Source: an uncultured Pseudomonadales bacterium (lineage in GTDB: Bacteria > Patescibacteriota > Microgenomatia > UBA1400 > CAYXSR01). From it: a stretch of DNA of 64,000 nt. Each line of letters starts with the position of its first letter. Positions within the stretch are counted from its first letter, which is position 1. A program made the translations under genes and the position numbers. The DNA lies in contig CAYSEI010000004.1 of assembly GCA_964430265.1 (NCBI GenBank), positions 45,872-109,871 on the forward strand, in the 5' to 3' direction. Positions 1-9,319 of this stretch are shown piece by piece. The notes under the pieces were generated by a model. It did not search any database and had not been told where the DNA came from. It saw only the letters and a program-made list of their open reading frames with translations.

Positions 1-302
1 GGGCTTGTAAGCAGTCTGACTCCGCAGTTAATATCCATTCCAACGGCTCCGGCGCTGATAAGTCCTTTAGTGGCCATGACTCCTCCGATTGGTAGCCCAT
101 ATCCTTGATGAAAGTCAGGCATGGCTACTATTGGAGAAACAACGTCAGGTAGGTGTGCAGCATCTTTAAGCTGATTTAAAGACTGGTCCTCTCCAAGGCT
201 TTCAATGATCTTTTTTGTGGCATAGATTACCACGTCTGCATTCATTTTCCCCCGACGAGGATACTGGTATTTGTTTGTGGAAAGTTTTTTTATTTCTTTC
301 AT
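1..302 (-). CDS. rtcB: RtcB-family RNA ligase, 5' part (runs off window start; not in ORF track)
   Basis: Manual translation [24 protein letters not shown]...[39 protein letters not shown] contains the RtcB MPDxHxGYGxPIGG and VGxDINCG motifs. Alternative in-frame ATG at 311. Confidence 0.92.
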   Translation of the reverse strand, partial: MKEIKKLSTNKYQYPRRGKMNADVVIYATKKIIESLGEDQSLNQLKDAAHLPDVVSPIVAMPDFHQGYGLPIGGVMATKGLISAGAVGMDINCGVRLLTS

Positions 303-345
303 TACTTTCATTATATATCAATCTTCATGATATAATTACTACGTT

Positions 346-843
346 ATGATGCTCAAACATTTTATCAGCCCTACCAGAGGAAAATTAAACATAAACTCTT
401 TAATTAAAGAAATTATTGCTTTTATAGACGAAAGGCCGGAAAGTACTTATAGGCTTGTAATTGGTAGTGATTCCCAGGAAAGAAGAATTGATAATAAAAA
501 AGAATTAAGTTTGGTGTCTGCTATAGTAATTTACAGAGAAGGAAATGGTGGCAGATATTTTTATCAAAGGCTTAAACAGGGAGAAGCCCATTCTTTAAGG
601 GATAAGATTTACAGAGAGGCTATATATTCAATCGAAGTAGCGCATAAACTTCTTCCAAAAATAGACAAGGCATTGAATGGTAAGAAACCGTATGAATTGG
701 AAATCCACTTGGATGTTGGTCAAAATGGTGAAACAAAAGAAATGATTAAGGAAGTAGTAGGAATGGTAAATGGAAACGGTTATCCAGCTAAAACAAAGCC
801 AAGTTCTTATTGTGCTTCTAAGGTAGCGGATAAATACGCTTAA
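346..843 (+). CDS. RNase H-like YkuK/DUF458 family protein
   Basis: IGSDSQ, EIHLDVGxNGxTKEMIKEVVG and KPxSxxASxVAD motifs typical of the family. Confidence 0.8.
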   Translation: MMLKHFISPTRGKLNINSLIKEIIAFIDERPESTYRLVIGSDSQERRIDNKKELSLVSAIVIYREGNGGRYFYQRLKQGEAHSLRDKIYREAIYSIEVAHKLLPKIDKALNGKKPYELEIHLDVGQNGETKEMIKEVVGMVNGNGYPAKTKPSSYCASKVADKYA

Positions 844-920
844 TGAGTACAATATATACTTGGGTATAAATTGTATACTAATAACAATTATAAAAAATAA
901 AACGAAAGTTTGAGTATAAA

Positions 921-1505
921 GTGACAACAAAGACAAACCGAAAAGAATGGAAAGTTTTGAGTAGTAAAATTGTTCACAAAAATCCGTTTTTTAAAATAGT
1001 TAAAGAGAAAATACAAAAACCAAGCGGATATGTTGGCCCCTACTATATTTTAAAAAGGCCGCAAAAGTTTGTTGCAGTAGTTCCTATTGACCATAATAAT
1101 AACTTTGTTTTAATTAAACAGTTTCGTACTACCCTAAAAAAAATTATCTGGGAATTTCCCATGGGAGGAATTGATAAGAATGAAACTCCTTTACAAGCTG
1201 CACAAAGAGAGTTATTAGAAGAAACAGGCCTAAAAGCAGATAAATGGGTTAATCTCGGAGAATTTTATGTTGGACCAGGGCATACTGATCAAGCAGGCAT
1301 TGTTTTTATTGCTCAAAAGCTTAAAAAAGCAAAAGGTTCTTCTTTTGGTGATCATTTAGAAGATGGGGAAGAAATATATGAATTAAAAAAATTTACCTGT
1401 GAAGAATTTGAGAATAAAACAGTTCATGGTAAAATCAAAGATGGACCATCAATGACTGCTTACTATCTTGCAAAACATCATCTAGAAAGGAAAGTAAATG
1501 AATAA
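921..1505 (+). CDS. Nudix hydrolase (ADP-ribose/NDP-sugar pyrophosphatase-like)
   Basis: Nudix box GGIDKNETPLQAAQRELLEETGL; GTG start; overlaps the rmlB start. Confidence 0.9.
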   Translation: MTTKTNRKEWKVLSSKIVHKNPFFKIVKEKIQKPSGYVGPYYILKRPQKFVAVVPIDHNNNFVLIKQFRTTLKKIIWEFPMGGIDKNETPLQAAQRELLEETGLKADKWVNLGEFYVGPGHTDQAGIVFIAQKLKKAKGSSFGDHLEDGEEIYELKKFTCEEFENKTVHGKIKDGPSMTAYYLAKHHLERKVNE

Positions 1506-2514
1506 ACTTCTTGTTACCGGCGGTGCGGGATTTATTGGGGCAAATTTTATTCACTATTGGATGGAAAACCATCCTGAGGATGAAATTATCAACCTTGACA
1601 AGCTGACTTATGCAGGCAACCTCAAGAACTTAAAAAGTATTGAAGATAAAGCAAACTACACTTTTATTAAAGGAGATATTGCAGATGATAAAATAGTTGA
1701 TGAGGCAATGAAGGATGTGGATATTGTGGTCAATTTTGCCGCAGAAACCCATGTTGACCGGTCAATAATGGGACCGGCTGCTTTTATCCTTACCAATGTA
1801 GTGGGAACCCAGGTTCTTTTGGATGCGGCAAAAAAACATAATGTAAATCATTTTCACCATATTTCAACTGACGAAGTTTTTGGTTCCTTGGATTTAAAAA
1901 GTGATCAAAAGTTTGATGAGAATACCAAGTTTCAACCTAATTCACCTTATTCAGCTTCCAAAGCTGCTTCAGACCATCTGATTAGGGCGTGGAATAAAAC
2001 TTACGGGTTAAAAACCACGATTACAAACACTTCAAATAATTATGGTCCATACCAGTTTCCGGAGAAATTTATACCGTTGGCAATAACCAACTTAATGCAG
2101 GGGAAAAAGATTCCTGTTTATGGAGACGGTAAAAATATCAGGGACTGGGTATATGTAAAAGACCACTGCCGGGCAATTGATTTGGTTTTACAAAAAGGTA
2201 AAAATGGTGAAACATATTGTATTGGTGGAATGACTAATGATGTTAACAACCTGGATGTGGCAGAAAAAATTTGCAAGCTTATGAACAAAAATGCAGATGA
2301 ATGCTTGGAGTTTGTCAAAGACAGGCCGGCACACGACCGTAAATATGCAGTTGACTGGACAAAGGCAAGAAATGAATTAGGGTATGAACCTGAGCATGAC
2401 TTTGATTCTTGGCTTGAAAAAACAGTTGAATGGTATAAAGAAAACAAATGGTGGTGGCAGCCTTTAAAAGAAAAAGAAGGAAAATATTTCAAAGAATGGT
2501 ATGAAGATAGATAA
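1498..2514 (+). CDS. rmlB: dTDP-glucose 4,6-dehydratase
   Basis: [42 protein letters not shown]. Confidence 0.96.
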   Translation: MNKLLVTGGAGFIGANFIHYWMENHPEDEIINLDKLTYAGNLKNLKSIEDKANYTFIKGDIADDKIVDEAMKDVDIVVNFAAETHVDRSIMGPAAFILTNVVGTQVLLDAAKKHNVNHFHHISTDEVFGSLDLKSDQKFDENTKFQPNSPYSASKAASDHLIRAWNKTYGLKTTITNTSNNYGPYQFPEKFIPLAITNLMQGKKIPVYGDGKNIRDWVYVKDHCRAIDLVLQKGKNGETYCIGGMTNDVNNLDVAEKICKLMNKNADECLEFVKDRPAHDRKYAVDWTKARNELGYEPEHDFDSWLEKTVEWYKENKWWWQPLKEKEGKYFKEWYEDR

Positions 2515-2568
2515 AGAGTGAACAGCAGTGAATTGAATTAAAAAATTATTATTAAATTAAAAATTAAT

Positions 2569-3120
2569 ATGGAATTAAACTTTTTCACATTAGATAAAAT
2601 TAAAACCTACCCATTAATTAAAGATGTTATTATAAGGCCTTTAAAAGTTAACCGCGATGACAGAGGAATTTTAGTGGAAACATTAAAAATAACCTGGAAA
2701 GATGTATATGGTAAAAATTTGCAATTTGCACAAACATATTATTCAATTACCGAACCCGGAGTTGCCAGGGATGAAGACAGATGGCATCTACATCCAACCA
2801 AACAAACAGACAGATTTGTAGTCATCAGCGGAGAAATTGTGGTTGCTTTAGCTGATCCAAGAAAGGATTCGCCAACCTATCAGGAGCTTAACCTTTTTAA
2901 AATGGGAGATGTAAACGGGGATAATGGCAGGTATCTGCTTTTAATTCCGCAGGGGGTTTTGCATTGTTTTTTAGTTACCGGAGATAAAAAAGCTACTTTA
3001 ATGAATTATCCGAACCAAGTTTATGATCCTGAAGAAGAAGGCCGTGTACCTTTTAAAGAATTTGAGTTTAAAAACAAGAAAAACTTTAATTGGGACTTAG
3101 TTCGAAAGGAGCTTAAGTAA
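2569..3120 (+). CDS. rmlC: dTDP-4-dehydrorhamnose 3,5-epimerase-like cupin
   Basis: DDRGxLxE, WHLH, DPRKDSPTY, LLIPxGVxH; lies between rmlB and rmlD. Confidence 0.85.
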   Translation: MELNFFTLDKIKTYPLIKDVIIRPLKVNRDDRGILVETLKITWKDVYGKNLQFAQTYYSITEPGVARDEDRWHLHPTKQTDRFVVISGEIVVALADPRKDSPTYQELNLFKMGDVNGDNGRYLLLIPQGVLHCFLVTGDKKATLMNYPNQVYDPEEEGRVPFKEFEFKNKKNFNWDLVRKELK

Positions 3121-4020
3121 ATGACTAAAATAATTGGAACAGGTTTATCTGGTTTAGTAGGTTCAAGAATTGTTGAATTATTACAGGATAAGTATGAATT
3201 TGTTGACTTTAGCTTGGATACGGGAGTGGACATTACTGATAAAAAGCTTCTTAAAAACAAGTTTATAGAGCATGAAGATGCAGAAGTTATTCTGCATTTG
3301 GCTGCTTTTACTAATGTTAATGCAGCCTGGGAGCAAAAAGGTGATGAGGATGGATTATGTTATCAGGTAAATGTTATTGGAACCAGAAACATTGCGCAGC
3401 TGGCAGCAAAATTTAAAAAATATTTAATTTATGTTTCAACTGATTTTGTTTTTGACGGTAGAAGAAAAACACTATATACGGAAAGAGATAAGCCCAGTCC
3501 CATTGAATGGTATGGTAAAACAAAATATTTGGGTGAAAAAGAAGTACGTAAGGCTGAAGGTGAATTTTCAATTGCCAGGCTTTCTTTTCCTTTTAAAGCA
3601 CAAAAGTCTTCTGAAGAACTTGAACCAAAACACAAAATGGATTTGGTAAGGAAAATAATTAAGAAGCTTGAAAGCGGAGAAGAATTTCATGGTTTCCATG
3701 ATCAAATAATTACCCCAACTTTCATAGATGATTTTGTAAAAATGATGGACTCTTTTTTTCAAAGAAAACCGGAAGGAGTTTATCATACGGTCGGTTCAAC
3801 AGCTCTTTCTCCTTATGAGTTGGCATTAAGGTTAGCTGAGATTTTTAATCTACCTAAAAGTTTAGTTAAAGAAAGCAGTTTGTCTGACTATTTGAAAAAA
3901 GAAAAAAGGCCCAGACAGCGGTATTTGGCAGTATCCAATCGAAAGATAAAAGATAAATTGGGAATATATCCTTTAAGCATTCGAAAAGCTTTGGTAAAGA
4001 TTAAAAGCCAAAGGGAGTAA
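3121..4020 (+). CDS. rmlD: dTDP-4-dehydrorhamnose reductase
   Basis: GxSGLVG, HLAAFTNV, VSTDFVFDG, YGKTKYLGE, DQIITPTF. Confidence 0.9.
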   Translation: MTKIIGTGLSGLVGSRIVELLQDKYEFVDFSLDTGVDITDKKLLKNKFIEHEDAEVILHLAAFTNVNAAWEQKGDEDGLCYQVNVIGTRNIAQLAAKFKKYLIYVSTDFVFDGRRKTLYTERDKPSPIEWYGKTKYLGEKEVRKAEGEFSIARLSFPFKAQKSSEELEPKHKMDLVRKIIKKLESGEEFHGFHDQIITPTFIDDFVKMMDSFFQRKPEGVYHTVGSTALSPYELALRLAEIFNLPKSLVKESSLSDYLKKEKRPRQRYLAVSNRKIKDKLGIYPLSIRKALVKIKSQRE

Positions 4021-4031
4021 GAGGAACTTAA

Positions 4032-4703
4032 TCAATCCAGGTCTGGTCTTCTTGTTTTGGTTCTTTGTTTAGCTTTTTTTTGCCGCCATTCTTTTATTTT
4101 TTTATGGTCTCCAGATAAGAGGATCTCCGGAACTTTGTGACCTTTAAAATCACGCGGTCTTGTATAATGCGGGTATTCTAAAAGTGATTGATCTGAAAAA
4201 GATTCTTTTTCTACGGCATCTGTTTTTTCAAATACTCCCGGTAAAAGCCTGACAACTGCATCAGATAAAACCATAGCGGGTATTTCACCGCCGGTAAGAA
4301 TGTAGTCACCAATAGATATTTCTTCATCTACCAAATGTTTTCTGATTCTTTCATCTACACCTTCGTAATGGCCGCAGATTAAGACTAGATGTTTTAATCC
4401 GGAAAACTGTTTTACCTTTTTTTGTTTTAATTTTTCACCTTGCGGGGTTAATAAAACCACATGGGCTTTTTTATCAGGATTTAATTCTTTAACAGCTCTA
4501 AATATTGGACCGCATTGTAAAATCATTCCCGGGCCACCACCATAAGGTCTGGCATCCACTTTATTGTGTTTGTCCTGAGACCAGTCCCTTAAATTATGGA
4601 TATTGATTTTTGTAATATCTTCTGCTTGAGCGCGTTTTATTATGCTGTGGTCAAAAGGACCGGTAAACATTTCCGGGAATAGGGTAATAATATCTATTTT
4701 CAT
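4032..4703 (-). CDS. trmD: tRNA (guanine37-N1)-methyltransferase
   Basis: IITLFPEMF, RPYGGGPGM, LICGHYEGVDERI, SIGDYILTGGEIPA, LLEYPHYTRP, LLSGDH. Confidence 0.98.
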   Translation of the reverse strand: MKIDIITLFPEMFTGPFDHSIIKRAQAEDITKINIHNLRDWSQDKHNKVDARPYGGGPGMILQCGPIFRAVKELNPDKKAHVVLLTPQGEKLKQKKVKQFSGLKHLVLICGHYEGVDERIRKHLVDEEISIGDYILTGGEIPAMVLSDAVVRLLPGVFEKTDAVEKESFSDQSLLEYPHYTRPRDFKGHKVPEILLSGDHKKIKEWRQKKAKQRTKTRRPDLD

Positions 4704-4790
4704 ATTTGTATTTTAACATACCTTATTTGAATATTTTCTGATATGTTTTAGTTTTGAATAATAGTTAATAATAAGCAGCCAGAATCAACC

Positions 4791-4819
4791 TTGCAAAAAA
4801 AAAAAGATTTAAATATACT
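4791..4819 (+). promoter_or_regulatory. sigma70-type promoter TTGCAA-N17-TATACT with an A11 tract in the -35/spacer
   Basis: TTGCAA 4791-4796, TATACT 4814-4819, 17-nt spacer, A run 4795-4805. Confidence 0.65.
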
Positions 4820-4918
4820 GGTTTAGATCCAAACTTCTTCCCGCGTTGGAAAATCAAAGTATCTTAAACAAATATTAATAGGGTTAGCTAAAACATATAA
4901 TAAAGAAAGGAGGTTTTT

Positions 4919-5083
4919 ATGGAAGAAAAAAGAGGTGAAAAAATCACTGGTACTGAAAACGAATCCAGAACAATAGAGATTGACGATGCAATAAATAAGC
5001 GTTTAAACGAGTTTAAAAAAAGAAGAAGTTCCCTAAACATCAGTGGTTTGGATAAACATATTGATTCCAGAAAAGAAAAGTAA
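4919..5083 (+). CDS. Small charged hypothetical protein, 54 aa (not in ORF track)
   Basis: MEEKRGEKITGTENESRTIEIDDAINKRLNEFKKRRSSLNISGLDKHIDSRKEK*, preceded by a strong SD AAAGGAGGT (4906-4914) and the promoter above. Confidence 0.65.
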   Translation: MEEKRGEKITGTENESRTIEIDDAINKRLNEFKKRRSSLNISGLDKHIDSRKEK

Positions 5084-5168
5084 GATAAAGAAATAGGAAA
5101 CTTTAGTTTTAATAAGAAAGTATATTTAAAACTTCATAAATTAATCATTTCTTGATATACTCTTACAT

Positions 5169-6455
5169 ATGAAAATTACTGTAGTGGGGACCGGTTATGT
5201 TGGCTTGGTTACAGCCGCTATATTTGCCAGTTTTAACAACCAGGTATATGGTCTAGATATAGACCAGGAAAAAATTGATACTTTAAAAAAAGGTAAAGTG
5301 TTTTTTTATGAACCCGGACTTGAGGAATTGGTCCAATCAGGAATAGATAAAGGAAATCTTCATTTTACGACTTCATACAAAAAAGCAGTGCCTGAATCAG
5401 AAGTCATTTTTATCTGTGTTGGCACTCCGCCAAAGAAAAATGGTGATTATGATTTAAAATATGTTTTATCTTCTGCAGAATCAATTGCCAAGAATTTAAA
5501 AAAATATTCAGTAGTGACAGTTAAAAGCACAGTTCCGCCAGGTACAAATGACAAAGTCAAAGAGGTTATGGATAAAAATACAAGTGTTTCTTATGACTTG
5601 GCAGCCTGTCCTGAGTTTTTAAGGGAGGGTAGTGCAGTAGAAGATTCTCTTAATCCTTCCAGGATTGTAATTGGTACGGATTCTGAAAAGGCTAAAGAAA
5701 AGCTTCTTAAGCTGCACAAACAAATTAAAGGTCCGCGATTAGTAACTGATGTTTCTAGTGCACAGTTAATCAAATATGCAAGTAATGCATTTTTAGCCAC
5801 AAAAATTTCATATATCAACTTCCTTGCCCGGCTTTGTGATAAAGTTGGTGCTGATATTAATGAAGTAAGCAAGGGATTGGGAATGGATCCCCGGATCAGC
5901 TCCTCATTTTTAAGGGCAGGCATTGGCTATGGAGGTTCTTGTTTTCCCAAAGACACTTGGGCACTAATCCGATTTGCTAAAAGAAAAGGTGAAGAGTTTA
6001 CTTTTTTAAAGCAGGTTGATAATGTCAACAAAACTCAGGTGGAATACTTTTTAAACAAAGCTGAAAAACTGGCTGATGATAGCTTACAAAGCAAAAAAGT
6101 AACTGTTTTGGGGTTATCTTTTAAACCGGAAACAGATGACATGCGTGAAGCTCAGTCAATTCCATTAATTAATGGTTTAAATAAAAGAGGGGCTAAAGTT
6201 ACTGCAACCGATCCGGTGGCAATTAAAAACGCCCAAAATTTGATTGAAGGGATAAAATATGAAAAAGATGTTTACAAAGCACTTGAAAACAGTGAGATGC
6301 TGATTTTAGTTACGGAGTGGGATAAATACAAAAACCTTGATTTTAAAAAAGTCAAAAAATTAATGAATAAACCAGTTGTTCTTGACGGCAGAAATATTTA
6401 CAATCCGGATAAAATGAAAAAATTGGGGTTTGTTTATAAAGGAGTCGGTCAATAA
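5169..6455 (+). CDS. ugd: UDP-glucose 6-dehydrogenase
   Basis: GTGYVG, FICVGTP, KSTVPPG, PEFLREG, KYASNAFLATKIS, GYGGSCFPKD, FKPETDDMRE. Confidence 0.95.
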   Translation: MKITVVGTGYVGLVTAAIFASFNNQVYGLDIDQEKIDTLKKGKVFFYEPGLEELVQSGIDKGNLHFTTSYKKAVPESEVIFICVGTPPKKNGDYDLKYVLSSAESIAKNLKKYSVVTVKSTVPPGTNDKVKEVMDKNTSVSYDLAACPEFLREGSAVEDSLNPSRIVIGTDSEKAKEKLLKLHKQIKGPRLVTDVSSAQLIKYASNAFLATKISYINFLARLCDKVGADINEVSKGLGMDPRISSSFLRAGIGYGGSCFPKDTWALIRFAKRKGEEFTFLKQVDNVNKTQVEYFLNKAEKLADDSLQSKKVTVLGLSFKPETDDMREAQSIPLINGLNKRGAKVTATDPVAIKNAQNLIEGIKYEKDVYKALENSEMLILVTEWDKYKNLDFKKVKKLMNKPVVLDGRNIYNPDKMKKLGFVYKGVGQ

Positions 6456-7411
6456 TGAAAACTGCATTAATTACTGGAGTTACAGGCCAGGACGGATCAT
6501 ATCTAGCAGAATTGCTTTTAAAAAAAGAATACAAAGTGATTGGCATGATTAGGGAAAACAATGGAATCGATGATGAGAATATTAAGCATATAAAAAAAGA
6601 ATTGGTAATTGAAAGTGGTGATCTTTTAAATAAAGAATCACTTTTAAATATTTTTAAAAAACATAAAATTGATGAGGTTTACAATCTTGGTGGAATTACT
6701 TTTATACCTGCATCCTGGGAAAATCCCACAAAAACGTTTAATGTAAATACGCTTGGATATACAAGATTATTAGAATTAATTAAGGATAAATACCCCAATG
6801 TGAGAATATTTCAGGCAAATTCAGCAAAAATATTTGGCAAGCCTGACAAATCACCTCAGGATTTGGAAACAAAAATTAATCCGCAGGATCCTTATGGCAC
6901 CTCAAAAGCAGCAGCGCATTTGTTAACTAACAATATGCGAAAACAATTTGGCATTTATGCTGTTTCTGGTATTATGTATAATCATGAATCTGAAAGAAGA
7001 GGAGAGCAGTTTGTTACGCGTAAAATTACCAGGGGTGCGGTTAAAATAAAAAGGGGAATGCAAAAAGAGCTTAAGCTGGGTAATTTGGATGCACAAGTTG
7101 ACTGGGGTTATGCACCTGATTTTGTTAAAGCAATGTGGCTTTCACTACAGCAGGAAAAAGCAGACGACTATATTTTTGCTACAGGCAAGGTGCATAAAGT
7201 AAAAGATATTTGTAAAACAGCTTTTTCCTATCTTGATTTGGACTGGCAGGATTATGTTAAAGTGGATAAAAAGTTTTATAGGGAACAAAAAGGAAAATTG
7301 TTTACCGGTGATATCAGCAAAGCAAAAGAAAAACTTGGTTGGGAGCCGGAAACTTCTTTTGAAGAAATGATAGAAAAAATGGTTGAGTTTGATTTAAAAA
7401 ATATTAACTAG
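6455..7411 (+). CDS. GMD-like SDR with altered active site (possible GDP-4-keto-6-deoxymannose reductase)
   Basis: [12 protein letters not shown], NHESxRRGxxFVTRKI and YGTSK retained, but QANSAK replaces QAS(T/S)SE. Confidence 0.7.
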   Translation: MKTALITGVTGQDGSYLAELLLKKEYKVIGMIRENNGIDDENIKHIKKELVIESGDLLNKESLLNIFKKHKIDEVYNLGGITFIPASWENPTKTFNVNTLGYTRLLELIKDKYPNVRIFQANSAKIFGKPDKSPQDLETKINPQDPYGTSKAAAHLLTNNMRKQFGIYAVSGIMYNHESERRGEQFVTRKITRGAVKIKRGMQKELKLGNLDAQVDWGYAPDFVKAMWLSLQQEKADDYIFATGKVHKVKDICKTAFSYLDLDWQDYVKVDKKFYREQKGKLFTGDISKAKEKLGWEPETSFEEMIEKMVEFDLKNIN

Positions 7412-7427
7412 ATTAAAGGAGAAAAGA

Positions 7428-8390
7428 ATGAAAAAAGCATTAATCACTGGAATTACAGGACAAGACGGTTCATATTTGGCAGAACTTTTGTTAGAAAAAG
7501 GTTACGAAGTATATGGTTTAGTAAGAAGGACATCTCTGCCTAATAATGAAAGAATTGCACATATATTAGAAAAAGTTAATCTTGTATCAGGTGATTTAGC
7601 AGACCAGCATTCATTAACCAGGGCAGTAGAGGAAGTTCAGCCGGATGAAGTATATAATTTAGCTGCACAAAGCTTTGTTTCAACTTCCTTTAAGCAGCCT
7701 GTTTTAACCGGGGATATTACCGGATTGGGTGTAGCAAGAATGCTTGAAGCTTTAAGAATGGTTAAGCCGGATGCGAAATTTTATCAGGCTTCTTCTTCTG
7801 AAATGTTTGGCAAGGTAACAGAAACACCGCAGACGGAAAAAACTTTTTTTCATCCACGCAGTCCTTACGGAGTGGCTAAGGTTTATGGTCACTGGATAAC
7901 TATTAATTACCGTGAGTCTTATGATATGTTTGCAGTTTCGGGAATTCTTTTTAACCATGAATCACCTAGAAGAGGAACAGAATTTGTCACCCGGAAAATT
8001 AGCAAAGCTGCTGCAAGAATCAAGCTGGGCAAGCAGGAAAAGCTTTATCTTGGCAATATGGAAGCAAAAAGGGACTGGGGGTTTGCAAAAGATTATGTGG
8101 AAGCAATGTGGCATATGATGCAGCTGCCGGAACCGGAAAATTTTGTTATAGGAACCGGGGAAACACATTCGGTTAGGGATTTCTGCCAAAGAGCTTTTGC
8201 AGTAGTTGACCTTGACTATACAAAATATGTAGAAACTAAAAAAGAATTTTTACGTCCGGCTGAAGTTGACTATTTAAAAGCAGATTATTCCAAAGCTAAA
8301 GAAAAACTTGGCTGGGAGCCAAAAACCAGTTTTGATGAGTTGGTAAAAATTATGGTGGAAAAAGATTTGGAAAGGGAAAAAAATAAATGA
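7428..8390 (+). CDS. gmd: GDP-mannose 4,6-dehydratase
   Basis: [46 protein letters not shown], LGNxxAKRDWG. Confidence 0.96.
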   Translation: MKKALITGITGQDGSYLAELLLEKGYEVYGLVRRTSLPNNERIAHILEKVNLVSGDLADQHSLTRAVEEVQPDEVYNLAAQSFVSTSFKQPVLTGDITGLGVARMLEALRMVKPDAKFYQASSSEMFGKVTETPQTEKTFFHPRSPYGVAKVYGHWITINYRESYDMFAVSGILFNHESPRRGTEFVTRKISKAAARIKLGKQEKLYLGNMEAKRDWGFAKDYVEAMWHMMQLPEPENFVIGTGETHSVRDFCQRAFAVVDLDYTKYVETKKEFLRPAEVDYLKADYSKAKEKLGWEPKTSFDELVKIMVEKDLEREKNK

Positions 8391-9319
8391 AAGTTTTAGT
8401 AACCGGAGGCGCAGGGTTTATTGGCAGTCATTTGTGTAAAGACCTTTTAAATCAAGGTCATTTTGTATACTGTGTTGACAACCTTTTAACCGGAAGAAGA
8501 GAAAATATCCTGGAACTTGAAGGGAATAAGAATTTTTGTTTTATTAGCGCAGACGTTTCCAAGGCAAAAATTGATCTGGAAGTTAAATATATTTTTCATC
8601 TTGCTTCGCCGGCAAGTCCAGTGGATTACCAAAACCTGCCTTTGGAAACAATGTTTGCTAACTCTAATGGGACAGAAAACATGCTGCGGCTTGGAGTAGA
8701 TAATAAAGCACGCTTTGTTTTAGCATCCACTTCCGAGGTTTATGGAGATCCTCTAGAGCACCCGCAAAAGGAAACATATAACGGAAATGTAAGTACAACC
8801 GGTCCTAGGGCCTGTTATGACGAAAGTAAAAGATATGCAGAAACATTAACCAAAATATTTGAAAAAAAATATGCTTTGGATGTCAGAATTGTCAGGATAT
8901 TTAATACATACGGTCCTAACATGAGAAAAGATGACGGAAGGGTAGTTTCCAATTTTATTAATCAAGCAATTGCAAACCAGCCGTTAACCGTATACGGCAA
9001 GGGAGAGCAAACGCGTTCATTTTGTTATGTTGATGATATGGTTAAAGGTTTAAACAAACTAATGTTTAATCCGGATATAAAGGGAGAGATTGTTAATATC
9101 GGCAACCCGCATGAAGTAACTATCTTGGAATTGGCGGAATTGATTCGAAAACTAGTCGGAAGCAGTTCAGAGATTATATTTAAACCATTACCACAAAATG
9201 ATCCGCAAAAAAGGTGTCCGGATATAACTAAGGCAAAAGAAATTTTAAAATGGGAACCGCAGATTGAATTAAAACAAGGATTACAAGAAACTATAAAATA
9301 TTTTAAAGGATTAAAATGA
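8387..9319 (+). CDS. uxs: UDP-glucuronate decarboxylase (UDP-xylose synthase)
   Basis: [11 protein letters not shown], [47 protein letters not shown]. Confidence 0.9.
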   Translation: MKVLVTGGAGFIGSHLCKDLLNQGHFVYCVDNLLTGRRENILELEGNKNFCFISADVSKAKIDLEVKYIFHLASPASPVDYQNLPLETMFANSNGTENMLRLGVDNKARFVLASTSEVYGDPLEHPQKETYNGNVSTTGPRACYDESKRYAETLTKIFEKKYALDVRIVRIFNTYGPNMRKDDGRVVSNFINQAIANQPLTVYGKGEQTRSFCYVDDMVKGLNKLMFNPDIKGEIVNIGNPHEVTILELAELIRKLVGSSSEIIFKPLPQNDPQKRCPDITKAKEILKWEPQIELKQGLQETIKYFKGLK

